Notes under the pieces: model-generated
Seen by the model: the letters and a program-made list of their open reading frames with translations, nothing else
Told to the model about the DNA's origin: nothing
The model's database searches: none
NCBI RefSeq assembly: GCF_009914755.1
Contig: NC_060938.1
Source of the DNA: the human T2T-CHM13v2.0 reference genome, Homo sapiens
Strand: one strand, 5' to 3'
DNA: 64,000 bases
Part shown: in pieces, positions 62,260 to 64,000 of the stretch
Layout: every line of letters begins with the position of its first letter
Position numbering within the stretch: position 1 is the stretch's first letter
Translations under genes and position numbers: made by a program

Positions 62260-64000
62260 TAGAATCATATACACATCAAATTTTTTCCTTATGATTTATG
62301 CCTTTTAGATTTTTTTGAAGAAATTATCTATACTCAAGGGTCACAACAATATACACATACATTTTCTTCTATTAAAAAATACATATGTATATACACATAT
62401 ATTACTTCTATTAATTTTGTCGCTGTAACATCCATGTTTAAGTTTAATCCAAATAGAGTGCATGATGATAGATAACAAGATAAGTATGTAGTTTGATTTT
62501 ATTTTTTATATTTTGAGCCAGTTTTCCCAATAATATTTGTTTCCTAAGAGTTTATACTTTATCTCCCTTTACTGTGGTGCTGCCTTATCAGATATCAATT
62601 TCCCATTATATATAATTCCTAAGAGATCTTTAATCATTTTTTGGTCCTATTTTTCAGTTCCTTCAGGAGTACTTTACATTTTTTATAATGTGTTTTTGGC
62701 ATATTATGATATGTATCTGTACTATTCAAAATCTTGATTCTTTTGTATAAATTTTAAATGATTTTATTCAATTTATAAAAACTAGCCAGAATATTGCTGA
62801 CAACCTGAATTGATACATTTATTGTGGGGGAATTGACATCTTCACACAATTAATTTTCTGCATTCATAAACATGTGTATCTTCATTTGTACATAATTTTT
62901 GTGTTATTTAAATTTTATTCCCCACATATACACTGTGCATTATATAAGTCAATTGTGATACATTTGATGTTTTTTGTTCTAACTCTAAATTATATATTAT
63001 GTATTTCTAAGATGATTACTGTGATTATAGAGAATTATAATTGTTTTTCAAAGGTGTACATGAATCTGAGGGTCTTGTTGAAATATCATGTACTTGGAAT
63101 GATTTCTGACTTCTGGTGTTTTTTTCTGTGTAAAGAATCACACTGTCTGCCCATATTGAGAGTTTTATATCTCCCTTTCCAATCTTTACACCTCTTTTCT
63201 TTTTCTCTTTCTTGTGTTATTGTATTGGGGGAGTTCCAGTAATATATTAAAAAATTGGTGATACAAGTCAAGTTGTCTTGCCACTAATCTTAAAGAAAAT
63301 ATATCTGAAGTTTCTACAGAAATTTTATATTTGTTGTATATTTGGGTCAACAACCTTCATCAAGTTAAAAAATATGCAAATATGCATTGATTCCTATTTC
63401 TTAGGAGATTGATGATATATTTTTAGAGAATTTACCATGGTTAACAGCACTGGCTCAAAGTAGACTGTTTTAGTTCAAACTGTGGTGCAATCACTACCCA
63501 AAGTATGACTTTCTGTCTTCCTCCCTTGCCTCTTATGTAAAATGTAGTCAATAATAATATTTTTCTCATATGGATTTCTGAGTGTTAAATCAATTAACAT
63601 GTGAAAAGGTCTCAGTGCCTGGTACATGGGAAATGCTAATTGCTACGTATTATTTATTTGATTTTAAGAGAAATTTAGTTATAATTTATTCAAATATTTT
63701 ATGTCTTTATATGCACATGTATATTATATATGTTTTTTTCTTTTTAAGACTCTTATTATGTGGATGTTTTTACTTATTTATATATGCCCTTCCTGTATCT
63801 TATTTTTTTTTCATTATATTCCATCATTGGTTGACCACAGATAATTCCTCGGCAAAATGTTCCTGCTCACTAATTGACACTAACTGACATTTCATCTGTA
63901 TATATTCTGGTCTTTTATATTCTTTACTTATTGTCTTTTTAATGCTCAAAATTTTGACATGCTTCTTACATTGGCAGTTGGGAGATAGTTTTATTTCAAT
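62260..64000 (-). mobile_element. Very old L1 (L1ME-class) ORF2 fragment interrupted by a MIR
   Basis: GCCAGTTTTCCCAATAATATTTG...GGGGAATTGACATCTTCAC...CATTCATAAACATG...TTGTCTTGCCACTAATCTTAA...CCTTCATCAAGTTAA. Confidence 0.72.
63440..63660 (+). mobile_element. MIR
   Basis: AGTTCAAA...TGTAAAATG...AATAATAATA...TAACATGTGAAAAGG...CAGTGCCTGGTACATGGGAAATGCT. Confidence 0.75.

Noticed and set aside
63421-63678. TSD-like TTTTAGAGAATTTA / TTTTAAGAGAAATTTA around the MIR
   Set aside because: The match is gapped and AT-rich and the element is very old, so it cannot be separated from chance.

Overview
This is AT-rich, CpG-depleted primate genomic DNA. AluY-type elements point to a catarrhine, most likely human, and the region is intergenic or deep-intronic. 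I find no credible protein-coding gene, tRNA, rRNA, snRNA, processed pseudogene or CRISPR array. The supplied ORFs are short and fall in repeats or low-complexity sequence. Much of the window is a fossil record of transposable elements: L1M and L1PA fragments, seven Alus, MaLR/ERVL solo LTRs, L2, MIR and hAT MITEs (MER1, MER53, MER20B), often nested. Between them lie several repeat-free islands that retain CpGs and are dense in TF motifs (about 6.55-6.67, 7.6-8.15, 18.06-18.43, 22.7-23.0, 26.05-26.3, 35.3-35.8, 37.7-38.2 and 39.05-39.4 kb). These resemble developmental enhancers in a gene desert, which is an inference that needs conservation and chromatin data. The best-supported structural oddities are a twin-primed (5'-inverted) L1MA with an 18-bp TSD, an ancient local duplication split by an LTR16 that itself hosts L1s, a perfect 45-bp tandem duplication inside an AluS, a 30-bp-arm inverted repeat and a ~145-bp L1PA micro-insertion with TSD. 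No new biological system can be established from the sequence alone. Repeat subfamily names and many boundaries were recognised by eye and are approximate.
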